Notes under the pieces: generated by a model
The model's input: the letters and a program-made list of their open reading frames with translations, nothing else
Told to the model about the DNA's origin: nothing
Database searches by the model: none
Part shown: piece after piece, positions 1 to 8,858 of the stretch
How positions within the stretch are numbered: position 1 is the first letter of the stretch
Layout of the letters: each line of letters starts with the position of its first letter
Assembly (NCBI GenBank): GCA_036510525.1
Contig: DATCDU010000020.1
Coordinates: 246-64,245, forward strand
Source: Minisyncoccota bacterium
GTDB lineage: Bacteria; Patescibacteriota; Minisyncoccia; UBA6257; 2-01-FULL-56-20
Direction of reading: 5' to 3'
DNA length: 64,000 bases
Made by a program: the position numbers and the translations under genes

Positions 1-1557
1 ATTTGTATTATTGTCCGTATCCACCATCACACCGCCCGACGAGCGACGCGAGAGCAATTGGTTCGCGTCGGGACTCGTCGGGTACGGCGGCCCTTCGCCG
101 TATTGGTCGGTGCCCGTTCCCCACGCGACGGCGTCAATGATGTTCCCCGTCGCGTCCATCAATGCCACGCTGTTATCCGCGGCCAACGTCTCCGTGCTCG
201 ACACGTTCGCGCCGATCGTCTCCGAAAAGCCATCGGTGGAATTCGCCCACGTGAACGATTGCCCCGCGGCCACCGCGCTCCCCGTCGGAAACACCTTTAT
301 GGAGTAATCCGTTCCCGTGCTCGATCGCTTATGAAGCTTCCATCCGCTCATGTCGATCGCGGACGCCGTTGGGTTATAAAGCCTTATAAAATCGTTGGAC
401 GAGGACGCGCCGGCGGTCTGCACCGCGGCAATGAGGACAGGGGTTATGGAAGCGGTACTGTTACTATTGCTTCCGCTATCCGCAGCTCCATCCCCGGTCT
501 CCGGCGCGGATGCGATCAAAGATGTCGGTGTGTTCGTTACTGTCTCAGCTGAAGCGCTCGCGTTCGTATCAGCATTCCCGGATGATGCTTCGTCCGCATC
601 CGGCGCGGTCGGAATATTCGGCGTGATCGAGATCGGTGATTGCGCCGCCGGCGTCGGCGCGGGCGTTGATGTCGCGACCGCGCCTGCGGAATTTTCCGCG
701 CCGGGCGTTCCACCCGGCAACGCGCTCGTGTGCCAACCGATGCCATCCGCGTCGCGCTCGAGCGTTTGCTTCGTCGTGTTGTTCCCGCCAGGCCATCCGT
801 GCGACGCATCAAGATAATCGGACACATCGCATTGCGGATCCATGATCGCAAGCATGTCGCCCGTGTTCACGAGATCGCCGGAATATATCTGCGTCGCCGA
901 AGCGGAGGCCGGCGCACTCCCGCGCGAAAGTATTTGGAATCCCCCGGAGGTGATGACATCGCCCACGGAAAATGATATTTTTATTTTTCCGGAAGCGTTG
1001 AGCAGTTCCCATCCGGAGAGATCGATCGTGCCAGTGGAAATATTTTTTATCTCCATCCATTCCGCGGTGGACGACGTCGGCGATCCCATCCAGGCGATCT
1101 CGTTGAAAATAAGTTTTTTTGTCGTCGTCGATGGCGCGGTGACGGGAAATGGGCATGATGAAGTGGATATCATCATCGTCGCAGTGTCCGATGCATCATC
1201 AATGGTGTTACTCGCGCTCGAAAGAGATGTTGATGTAACTTCGTCGTTCTCTGTAATGGCCGTCGGTGCGCCCGTTGGGGCGATTGCCACGGCGCTACTC
1301 TTCTTTTGCGATGTTTTTTGAGCAGATGTGGGTGTCGGCGCCGCACTATCGATGCCCGTCTGCGAATCGTCTACTGGAAACGATGACGACGCACTGTCGA
1401 TCGCTGACAGATCGGCATCGGAAACGGTATCGATCTGCGCGTTATCGATCCCGATGAGGCTATTGATCGCGACGGGATCGAAATAATACGCGATGCCTCC
1501 GCCGATCGCGATGAGGAGCACAAAAGCACCGACTGCAATATAATTTTTCTTGTTCAT
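1..1557 (-). CDS. Secreted/membrane-anchored lamin-tail-domain protein (runs off window edge)
   Basis: Manual translation from ATG 1557: MNKKNYIAVGAFVLLIAIGGG (N-terminal TM), S/T/A-rich linkers, two LTD-like motifs (IFNEIAWMGS..AEWMEIKN..IDLSGWEL; DFIRLYNPT..IDMSGWKL). Absent from ORF track because there is no stop in the window. Confidence 0.75.
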   Translation of the reverse strand, partial: MNKKNYIAVGAFVLLIAIGGGIAYYFDPVAINSLIGIDNAQIDTVSDADLSAIDSASSSFPVDDSQTGIDSAAPTPTSAQKTSQKKSSAVAIAPTGAPTAITENDEVTSTSLSSASNTIDDASDTATMMISTSSCPFPVTAPSTTTKKLIFNEIAWMGSPTSSTAEWMEIKNISTGTIDLSGWELLNASGKIKISFSVGDVITSGGFQILSRGSAPASASATQIYSGDLVNTGDMLAIMDPQCDVSDYLDASHGWPGGNNTTKQTLERDADGIGWHTSALPGGTPGAENSAGAVATSTPAPTPAAQSPISITPNIPTAPDADEASSGNADTNASASAETVTNTPTSLIASAPETGDGAADSGSNSNSTASITPVLIAAVQTAGASSSNDFIRLYNPTASAIDMSGWKLHKRSSTGTDYSIKVFPTGSAVAAGQSFTWANSTDGFSETIGANVSSTETLAADNSVALMDATGNIIDAVAWGTGTDQYGEGPPYPTSPDANQLLSRRSSGGVMVDTDNNTN

Positions 1558-1976
1558 GGAGAGACAGTAGCATAATGGCCATTAAAAGGATCTTAAATAA
1601 AATCCCGTCAAGCCCCGGAAGTCGCCCCGCCGTAAGAATTCCACCCGGGGATGTAGCCATAATATAGAGGCCCGGTCGGGTGGGATGACCAGCTCCGAGG
1701 TCACTCCCCCAAATAGAGCTGTTTGTGGTCAAAATTTTCGTTTTTGCGGGGCATTCGCCTAAAAGACCTTTTGAAAATAAATTTTTAAAAGATTTTCGTC
1801 TGTCCGTCCGGAGACCATCCTGATTTTTCAAGGGATTTGAAAATCGCCGGACAAAATGCCCAGCATTTCCGAACATTCGGTCCGGAATGGCCTTGCCCAA
1901 AAACAGCCCGTGGCGGATCGGCCTCGCGATGCCCATTTTTGGAAAAATTGTCCACCCCGCCGCGCCTGCCGGGCGG

Positions 1977-1985
1977 TTATCCACA
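1977..1985 (+). promoter_or_regulatory. DnaA box upstream of nrdA
   Basis: Perfect TTATCCACA in the nrdA upstream region; DnaA control of nrd genes is known in other bacteria. Confidence 0.55.
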
Positions 1986-2142
1986 GGGCTCTCCAAAAAA
2001 CCAGTGCTAAAATACTTTTACCCCTAACGATGACCTCCCGCTCTCCATTCACCAGAAAAAAATATCCGGAGAAACATATCCCGATCGCGAAACGATCGGG
2101 CACGCGTGCGGTGAATGGAGTAAAAAATAATCATACATCATC

Positions 2143-4827
2143 ATGGAGCTGACAATCACAAAAAGAGACGGAACAAAAGAACCATTCAACGCGGATAAGA
2201 TCAACCGCTCCATCGAACGCGCATGCGCGGGACTGCAGGATCCCATCGGTATGGTGACACAGATCGCCACGGAGACGCGACTGACGCTCTATGATGGCAT
2301 CACGACGGAAGAAATGGACCAGGCGACGATCAACGCCGCCGTGCAGAACATAAAAGAGGATATCGAGTACGATAAAGTCGCCGTGCGATTGCTTTTGAAG
2401 ACCATTTATAGAAAAGTCGTCGGCGATTACGAGGATAATGTGGAAATTTTGCGAAAGAAACATCGCGACGGTTTCGCCGCGTGGGTAAAGAAGGGGGTCG
2501 CGGACGGAATTCTCGATCCGCGCATGGCGGAGAAGTTCGACTTGAAGGATCTCGCGAGCGCGCTCGATATCCGTCGCGATGAATTGTTCGTCTACAGCGG
2601 ACTCTCGACCGTCCTTCATCGCTACTCCATCAAGGACGTGAAGAACGATCCCGCGGAGACGCCGCAATATCTTTTCATGCGCATCGCGATGGGACTTTCG
2701 TTCAACGAAAAAGATCCGACGCTCTGGGCAAAACGTTTCTATCAGAAGATGTCGCAGATGAAGTACATCGCCGGCGGTTCCACGAATCTTGGCGCGGGCA
2801 CCACGCGTCCGTCGCTCTCGAATTGTTTCCTTCTTCAGATCGAGGATGACATGGAGCACATCGCAAAATCCGTCGGCGACGTGATGATGCTCTCCAAGGC
2901 ATCGGGCGGCATCGGCGCGAACGTCACGAAGTTGCGCGCGACGGGCTCCCCTCTTAAATCGAACAACACTCCTTCGAGCGGTCCGACGCCGTTCGCAAAA
3001 ATAATAGACACGGCGATCCGTGCCGTGCAACGCGGCGGAAAGAAAAAAGGCGCGCTCTGCTTCTATATGGAAAACTGGCACATCGACTTCCCCGAATTTT
3101 TGGATTGGAAGCACAACGCCGGCGATGACTATATGCGCATGCGCACCGCCGACACCGCGGCATTCATCTCCGACGAGTTCATGAACCGCGTCGCGAACCG
3201 AGATTTCTGGTACATGTTCGACCCGAAGGAAACGCCGGACCTGATCGAGCTTTACGGCAAGGAATTCAGCACGCGCTACGCGGAATATGTGGAAATGGCT
3301 GAAAAGGGCCAGTTCCGGGTGTTCAAGAAGGTCCCTGCGGAGGAATTATATAGACAGATGCTCGGCGCCCTACAGGCGACAGGCCATCCGTGGCTCACGT
3401 GGAAGGATCCGATGAACCTTCGTGCTTTGAATAACAATACCGGCACGATCCATATGTCCAACCTCTGCACGGAGATCTGCCTTCCGCAGGACCGCGAGAA
3501 CATCGCCGTCTGCAATCTCGCCTCGCTCAATCTCGCGAGCCACGTACACAACAAACAGATCGACTGGGAAAACCTGGAAGAGAGCATTCGCTTCGCTATC
3601 CACCAGCTTGATAACTTGATCGACATCAACGTGCTCCCCATCGCAGAAGCGCAGCACTCGGATCAGGAGAATCGCGCGATCGGATTGGGGGTGATGGGAT
3701 TCTCCGACATGCTCGAGCAGGTCGGACTTTCGTACGAGAGCGAGCACGCGCACAACTTCGCGGACAAGGTGTTCGAGTTCGTGAGCTACGTCGCGATCGA
3801 CGAGAGCGCAAACCTCGCGGCAGAGCGCGGAAGCTATAATAATTTTCAGGGATCCGGATGGTCGAAAGGCATGGTGCCGATCGACACGATCAAGACATTG
3901 GAAGACGGCCGCGGTATGACGCTTACCGTCGCGAAGGAACACCGCTATCGCGGATTGAACTGGGACGCGCTCCGCGAAAAAGTGAAGAAAGGAATGCGCA
4001 ACGCGACGCTCATGGCCACCGCGCCGAACGCCAACATCGGGCTCGTCGCCGGCACGACGCCGGGCATCGATCCCCGCTTCGCGCAGGTGTTCTCGCGCAA
4101 TAAGATCTCCGGAAAATATCTGGACCTCAATCACAACCTGGTGAACGATCTCAAGAACATGGGCATCTGGGAAAAAACAAAAGAGCGGATCATCGCCGAC
4201 CAGGGAGACATCTCCGCGATCGACGAGATCCCGCAGCACATCCGCGATATCTATAAGACATCGTTCAGCACGTCGCCGTACGCATTCATCGAAGTGGCCG
4301 CGCGCGCGCAGAAGTGGATGGACCAGTCGCTCTCGCGCAACATGTACCTCGAGACGCGCGACATCGGCGAGATGATGGACATTTATGCGACCGCGTGGAA
4401 GAAAGGGTTGAAGTCCACGTACTACCTGCACATGAAGCCGCGCCACACTGCGGAGCAGTCGACGGTGCGCGTGAACAAAGCGGAGCAGATGGGCAAGCGT
4501 GGATTCGCCGCGGTGATGGAAGCGGCCGCCGAAGCGCCGGTGACGGAATCAGTGGAGGTGACCGTGGCACAACCGGCAGCGCAGCCCTTTGCCGTCGTGG
4601 AGGCCGTCGCATCCTTCGTGAGCGCGCCGGTTACGGCAAGCACCGCGGAAGCCCATACTACGACGACCCCTATCGAGGCAATGCCCGTAAAGGCAGAGAT
4701 GCACATGCATGACGCCTTGGAACCCCATACCCATTCCGTAGCCCAGGGCTCATCCCCCGCCAACGCCCCGCGCATCATGCCGCCGAGCGATCCGATGGAG
4801 CAGTTCATCTGCGACAGCTGCCAGTAG
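2143..4827 (+). CDS. nrdA: Class I ribonucleotide reductase alpha subunit with N-terminal ATP cone
   Basis: ITKRDG ATP cone, LSNCFL, SNLCTEI catalytic motif, KSTYYLH, C-terminal CDSCQ. Confidence 0.97.
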   Translation: MELTITKRDGTKEPFNADKINRSIERACAGLQDPIGMVTQIATETRLTLYDGITTEEMDQATINAAVQNIKEDIEYDKVAVRLLLKTIYRKVVGDYEDNVEILRKKHRDGFAAWVKKGVADGILDPRMAEKFDLKDLASALDIRRDELFVYSGLSTVLHRYSIKDVKNDPAETPQYLFMRIAMGLSFNEKDPTLWAKRFYQKMSQMKYIAGGSTNLGAGTTRPSLSNCFLLQIEDDMEHIAKSVGDVMMLSKASGGIGANVTKLRATGSPLKSNNTPSSGPTPFAKIIDTAIRAVQRGGKKKGALCFYMENWHIDFPEFLDWKHNAGDDYMRMRTADTAAFISDEFMNRVANRDFWYMFDPKETPDLIELYGKEFSTRYAEYVEMAEKGQFRVFKKVPAEELYRQMLGALQATGHPWLTWKDPMNLRALNNNTGTIHMSNLCTEICLPQDRENIAVCNLASLNLASHVHNKQIDWENLEESIRFAIHQLDNLIDINVLPIAEAQHSDQENRAIGLGVMGFSDMLEQVGLSYESEHAHNFADKVFEFVSYVAIDESANLAAERGSYNNFQGSGWSKGMVPIDTIKTLEDGRGMTLTVAKEHRYRGLNWDALREKVKKGMRNATLMATAPNANIGLVAGTTPGIDPRFAQVFSRNKISGKYLDLNHNLVNDLKNMGIWEKTKERIIADQGDISAIDEIPQHIRDIYKTSFSTSPYAFIEVAARAQKWMDQSLSRNMYLETRDIGEMMDIYATAWKKGLKSTYYLHMKPRHTAEQSTVRVNKAEQMGKRGFAAVMEAAAEAPVTESVEVTVAQPAAQPFAVVEAVASFVSAPVTASTAEAHTTTTPIEAMPVKAEMHMHDALEPHTHSVAQGSSPANAPRIMPPSDPMEQFICDSCQ

Positions 4828-4850
4828 AAATTCTCAATCTCAGAAACGGA

Positions 4851-4882
4851 TTAAAAATGGCGCTCCGGTGCGCCATTTTTAA
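4851..4882. terminator. Bidirectional intrinsic terminator
   Basis: TTAAAAATGGCGC-tccggt-GCGCCATTTTTAA between convergent genes. Confidence 0.75.
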
Positions 4883-5129
4883 CACCACAACACTTTGAAT
4901 ATTTGTTCTTCCGTATATCCGCACTTCCCTTGAAGAAAGCTCCTTACAAAATCCCAGACTAAACCCGCTTTCAAGGGTTTGTGATTCGGCACTACGGTGG
5001 CTTCATTCGTCGCGCTGTAGGTTATTTTATAACATGCTTACTTGCGCGTTTAATGGTACATCTACCCAACTTATTACAAGCCTTAACTAAATCCTCAAAA
5101 GAACAATTTACTAATTTTGGATAATCCAC
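4879..5129 (-). pseudogene. HicA-like toxin, frameshifted
   Basis: GTG 5129 gives VDYPKLVNCSFEDLVKACNKLGRCTIKRASKHVIK* (stop 5022-5024); the shifted frame continues KITYSATNEATVVPNHKPLKAGLVWDFV..LWC*. 251 nt is one base short of 84 codons. SKH...VP.H..L..G pattern of HicA. Confidence 0.6.
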
Positions 5130-5131
5130 GA

Positions 5132-5479
5132 TTAAGAAACTCTCTGTAATTGACGGATTTGATCGAGATTCTGTTTCGGCAAAATATCTTCCAAGGTATA
5201 TTTCTCCGGAGGATTTTCTTCCGCAACGATATTTTTTACGGATTCCACGGGTAAATAATGTCCGAGTTCTGGAATTAATTTTTCAGGAGCATTGTAATAG
5301 GCATAAACCGCTCTCGTAAGAATATCAAAAAGCTCAGAGAAGGTCTCTCCCTGGGAATAGCAAGGGATCTCTATCGCCTTTGCCCAATAACCACCCTCTT
5401 CGGCTTTGTTAACTTGTACACTTAACAAGCTCGGGAGGACGGCTTGGAAAAGTAATTTTTCTTCGTTTTTTTCAGCCAT
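5132..5479 (-). CDS. HicB-like antitoxin
   Basis: EEGGYWAKAIEIPCYSQGETFSEL matches the HicB N-terminal pattern; own promoter TTGACC-N16-TATAAT near 5535-5562. Confidence 0.65.
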   Translation of the reverse strand: MAEKNEEKLLFQAVLPSLLSVQVNKAEEGGYWAKAIEIPCYSQGETFSELFDILTRAVYAYYNAPEKLIPELGHYLPVESVKNIVAEENPPEKYTLEDILPKQNLDQIRQLQRVS

Positions 5480-5582
5480 ATAATATATTAACGATTTAAG
5501 TATCCCACTTGTTGCAACCACACACAAGGACAGTATTATAACATAGTTAAAATGTAGGTCAAATCAATATCTATTGGGAGAA

Positions 5583-5591
5583 TTATCCACA
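5583..5591 (+). promoter_or_regulatory. DnaA box
   Basis: Perfect TTATCCACA. Confidence 0.4.
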
Positions 5592-5610
5592 GATAAACCC
5601 TCGAAACCTA

Positions 5611-5785
5611 CGATCTCTTACGGAGCTCACGGGACGGCACCCACTCATCGTAACGCGTTCGATGCCGGCAAGCCGGTCTAATTGCGACCCGCAGTAGAGC
5701 CGAAAGATGGCGAAGCCACCTCGGGGGAATTAGCTCCCCTTTTCTGCGCTTTCAGTTCCGTAAGAGATTGCAACTTTTATGACTG
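5611..5785 (-). ncRNA. Candidate structured ncRNA of unknown family
   Basis: 17-bp enclosing helix (5611-5627/5754-5770), several internal hairpins, no ORF; minus-strand promoter TTGACT(5813-5818)-N16-TAAACT(5791-5796). Confidence 0.55.
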
Positions 5786-5977
5786 ATTTAAGTTTAACAA
5801 TCCGACCAAGCAAGTCAAAAGCTATTTAATGATTTTTTAATAATATCGTCTTACTTAGATTCCTCCACATTCCGCCTACTTTCCTGATCCCCTGTCAACG
5901 TTGTTGACCGCGCCATTTTCACCTATAATCTTTTTACCCTCGTCCTGGGAATCTGTAAAAATAATAGAACATAAACC

Positions 5978-6973
5978 ATGTTGATCGGCAAAGCATCCCC
6001 GGAGGATATGAACCTCCACCCAATTCAATATCAGTGGGCATACGACCTCTATCAACAGGCGGTACGCAACACGTGGTTCCCTCACGAGATCGCGCTCAAG
6101 GAAGACCTCTATGATTGGGAGAAGATGACGGAGGACGAACGCCACGCGGTGAAGTTCCTGATGGCATTCTTCAATCCGGGCGAGCTCATCGTCAACCGCT
6201 CGATTGCGCTCGGCATCTATCCTTATTTGAAGTCGCCGGAGTGCCATCTCTACCTTGCGAAGCAGATGTGGGAAGAAGCAAATCACTGCGTTGCCTTTGA
6301 ATACGTTTTGGAAACATTCCCGCTTGATCGCACGAACGTGTTCAACCTGCACCTCGACACGCCGTCGATGAAAGCCAAGGAAGATTACATCAATAAGTAC
6401 ATGCGCCGCATGACGGAAGACACGCTTGACGTCGAGACGCCGGAGGGCAAGAAAGATTTCATCCGCAACCTCGTGGCGACGAACATCGTGATGGAGGGCA
6501 TCTGGTTCTACAGCGGCTTCATGGTGGTGCTCTCGTTCCGCCAACGCAACCAGCTCCGCAACTTCGGCTCAATGATCAACTGGGTGATCCGCGACGAATC
6601 GCTCCACCTCAAGTTCGGCATGAACCTCATTCAGAATATTTTAGAAGAGAATGCCGAATTGCTCACGAAAGAATTTGCGAACGAGATCAAACAGATCGTG
6701 ATCGACGGTGTGGACCTTGAGGTGGCCTACAACAAAGATCTTTTCCCGCGTGGCATCCTCGGCCTGAATGCCGACTATGTGAACCAGTACGTGCAGTACG
6801 TCGCCGACCGGCGCCTGGAAGAGCTCGGCATCGGCCCGCACTACGGCGCGAAGAATCCCGCTAAGTGGATGGCGGGCGCGACCGACGTCCTCGAGCTCGT
6901 CAATTTCTTCGAGGCGCAGAACACGTCGTACGAAGTGGACAGCCACGCCGCCGATAAAAAGAAGGAAGCATAA
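5978..6973 (+). CDS. nrdB: Ribonucleotide reductase beta subunit, class Ic (Mn/Fe)-type signature
   Basis: EEANHCVAF (Phe at the radical-Tyr position), NPGE first ligand Glu, MEGIWFYSGF, IRDESLH, NFFE..NTSY tail. Confidence 0.93.
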   Translation: MLIGKASPEDMNLHPIQYQWAYDLYQQAVRNTWFPHEIALKEDLYDWEKMTEDERHAVKFLMAFFNPGELIVNRSIALGIYPYLKSPECHLYLAKQMWEEANHCVAFEYVLETFPLDRTNVFNLHLDTPSMKAKEDYINKYMRRMTEDTLDVETPEGKKDFIRNLVATNIVMEGIWFYSGFMVVLSFRQRNQLRNFGSMINWVIRDESLHLKFGMNLIQNILEENAELLTKEFANEIKQIVIDGVDLEVAYNKDLFPRGILGLNADYVNQYVQYVADRRLEELGIGPHYGAKNPAKWMAGATDVLELVNFFEAQNTSYEVDSHAADKKKEA

Positions 6974-7036
6974 CAATAAAAACAGCCTCTCGCCTCCAGG
7001 CAGATGACCGTTCGGCGAGAGGCTGTTTTTATTGTT
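6972..7036. repeat. Palindromic element family 1, copy 1
   Basis: 23-bp perfect arms around loop TCCAGGCAGATGACCGTTC; 29-nt core identical to 56970-56998. Confidence 0.85.
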
Positions 7037-7056
7037 TGGTATAATAGAAAGACGTT

Positions 7057-7725
7057 ATGAATCTGAAGAATATCCTTATCACGTTGTCCATCGTCGCGGT
7101 GGTGATTGTATGCGTGGCGTTCTACGTCGTGTTCTATAGCGGCGGAGGGACGTACGTCGTGAGCTCTCTCACCGGCCCGAATGCGGACATCTTTGGCGCG
7201 GGGACCGAAAATACCAGCACCTTGGGCGCAAGCTCGACCGCCAGCTCTACGGCGTTCGCGTCGTCATCCGCGCTTGACGACACCGGCGCGTCCTCTTCCG
7301 CAAGTTCCACCGCCTCATCGTCGCTTACGACCACACCGGGCAACACGACGGTCGTCTCGTGGACCCAGGGCAATGAGGCGCTTTTGATCACCGGCGCCCT
7401 GATCTCGGGCGATCAGCTCACACTCGGCGTCCAGGTGGCGATGGGCAGCGTCAGCGAATGCGTGCCGCTTAACCTCCGCCTGATCGCCGACGAACAGGGC
7501 GATCTTTCGCCACCGATCACATCGCAGTTCACCTTTCCGGACACCGGCACCTGCAACGGTACCGCGGGCGAGACCTACAGCGCCCAGCCGATCGTCTTCA
7601 CGCTCAGCGATCCCAGCGCCTTCCCCATCGTCCTCACGACTGGCGGCACGGCCAACATCCTCTTTGAGGTCGTGCAGGATCCCGACGGCAGGCTGAGCGC
7701 CCAACTGCCGCCGAGCTCGGATTAA
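7057..7725 (+). CDS. Membrane-anchored hypothetical protein
   Basis: N-terminal TM helix, S/T-rich linker, C-terminal domain with two Cys; TATAAT just upstream. Confidence 0.8.
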   Translation: MNLKNILITLSIVAVVIVCVAFYVVFYSGGGTYVVSSLTGPNADIFGAGTENTSTLGASSTASSTAFASSSALDDTGASSSASSTASSSLTTTPGNTTVVSWTQGNEALLITGALISGDQLTLGVQVAMGSVSECVPLNLRLIADEQGDLSPPITSQFTFPDTGTCNGTAGETYSAQPIVFTLSDPSAFPIVLTTGGTANILFEVVQDPDGRLSAQLPPSSD

Positions 7726-7791
7726 AAATTGATTAAATGACCGCTATTGAAAATCCACCCCCGTCTGCTACAATAGTATTCGTATTGTAAT

Positions 7792-8072
7792 TCCGCGATA
7801 GCTCAATGGTAGAGCGGCGCCCTGTCAGCAAGGCAGCTCGCATCGGAAACGGTGCGATGATAAAAATCTTGGGATAACGGTGAATGCTAAGTCCGCAAGG
7901 ATATGCGAATACCGTGGGAACCCTCCGCACGGGAGGGGCACCGTAGAGACTAGATACCGAGATGCCTAACACCCGCAATGGGCGGGTCATGGCAATGATA
8001 TAGTCCACGCCTCTTGGAAACATTAGGAAACGTGTAAGGCGATGGTTCCAGGTTCGAGTCCTGGTCGCGGAG
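7792..8072 (+). tRNA. tRNA-Asn(GTT) split by a group I intron
   Basis: Exon 1 7792-7825 (TCCGCGA..CTGT), exon 2 8035-8072 (TAAGGCG..GTTCGAGTCC..TCGCGGA-G); spliced loop CT-GTT-AA; G73. Confidence 0.9.
7826..8034 (+). ncRNA. Group I intron (209 nt) between anticodon positions 35 and 36
   Basis: 5' exon ends in U paired to G in P1 (CTGTC/GGCAG); R element GTAGAGACTA; S element GATATAGTCC (P7 GACTA/TAGTC); terminal G at 8034. Confidence 0.88.
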
Positions 8073-8309
8073 CAGTCAATATCTTTTATCGGACAGACCG
8101 AGAGGCATCGATTTTTGCTATCTTTTTTGATGCTAAAAGTTCGAGTCCTACTCCTATGGCATCTAGGACACCGAACTCAGCGCTTTAACTTGAATTTAAG
8201 TCGCGGAATTTTAATTGACATTTATATTAAAATATGTTTTACTCACACTAGCTACTCACAACTGAAAACTAGGTTGGAGAGGTGGCAAATTTCTGAAAGG
8301 AGATAGCGC

Positions 8310-8858
8310 ATGAACTTCTTTGTTTGTATCGAAGGTGTCGATTGTGTCGGAAAAACCTCCGTTGCTGAATTGCTAGCCAGCCGGGTCAACGCTGTCTACT
8401 ATAAAAGTCCCGGCGGCATGTATGCTAAGGAACGAAAGATCGTAGATGGATCGATTGAACCTTTGCGACGGTATTTCTTTTACCGGGCGGCTACCCAGTA
8501 CGACTCGGGGATTATTGGCGGATTACTCAAACATTCGCCCGTTGTCTGCGATAGGTATATCTATTCAACCTTTGCCATGCACGCGGCAATGGACGAAAAG
8601 ATCCGATCTCTCTTTGAAATCACTGGCCTCGTCATGCCGGACTACGTTTTTCTTTTGACCGCCGATGAGGCGATCCGAAGAAAACGTCTAGCCGAACGCT
8701 TCGATGCCACGACGCTGGAAAGCAATTTTCTGCTTCAGAAAAAGGCAGATGAACTTTTCAAGCTTCAAGGACATCCAACCATCGATACGACAAATACAAA
8801 TGTCGATGAAGTGGTTGAAACAATCTTGTCTCGCTTGCGAGAGAAAGGATCGATATGA
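8310..8858 (+). CDS. Thymidylate kinase-like P-loop nucleotide kinase
   Basis: IEGVDCVGKTS P-loop; VVCDRYIYST; PDYVFLL. Confidence 0.8.
   Translation: MNFFVCIEGVDCVGKTSVAELLASRVNAVYYKSPGGMYAKERKIVDGSIEPLRRYFFYRAATQYDSGIIGGLLKHSPVVCDRYIYSTFAMHAAMDEKIRSLFEITGLVMPDYVFLLTADEAIRRKRLAERFDATTLESNFLLQKKADELFKLQGHPTIDTTNTNVDEVVETILSRLREKGSI

Noticed and set aside
11-1996. Plus-strand ORFs at 11-1457 and the ORF at 1460-1996
   Set aside because: Antisense or shadow frames of the minus-strand lamin-tail gene and its upstream region; no protein motifs.
1558-2142. oriC
   Set aside because: Only one perfect DnaA box, no dnaA/dnaN in the window, and skew cannot be assessed here.
2143-4827. Intein or intron in nrdA
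   Set aside because: Core motifs are collinear; the extra length is the C-terminal linker.
5611-5770. Cobalamin riboswitch or 6S RNA upstream of nrdB
   Set aside because: No B12-box motifs; multibranched rather than rod-shaped; the promoter points away from nrdB.
7792-7830. tRNA-Asp(GTC) reading
   Set aside because: The C belongs to the intron; the P1 U:G pair and terminal G give a spliced GTT anticodon, and the acceptor stem fits Asn.
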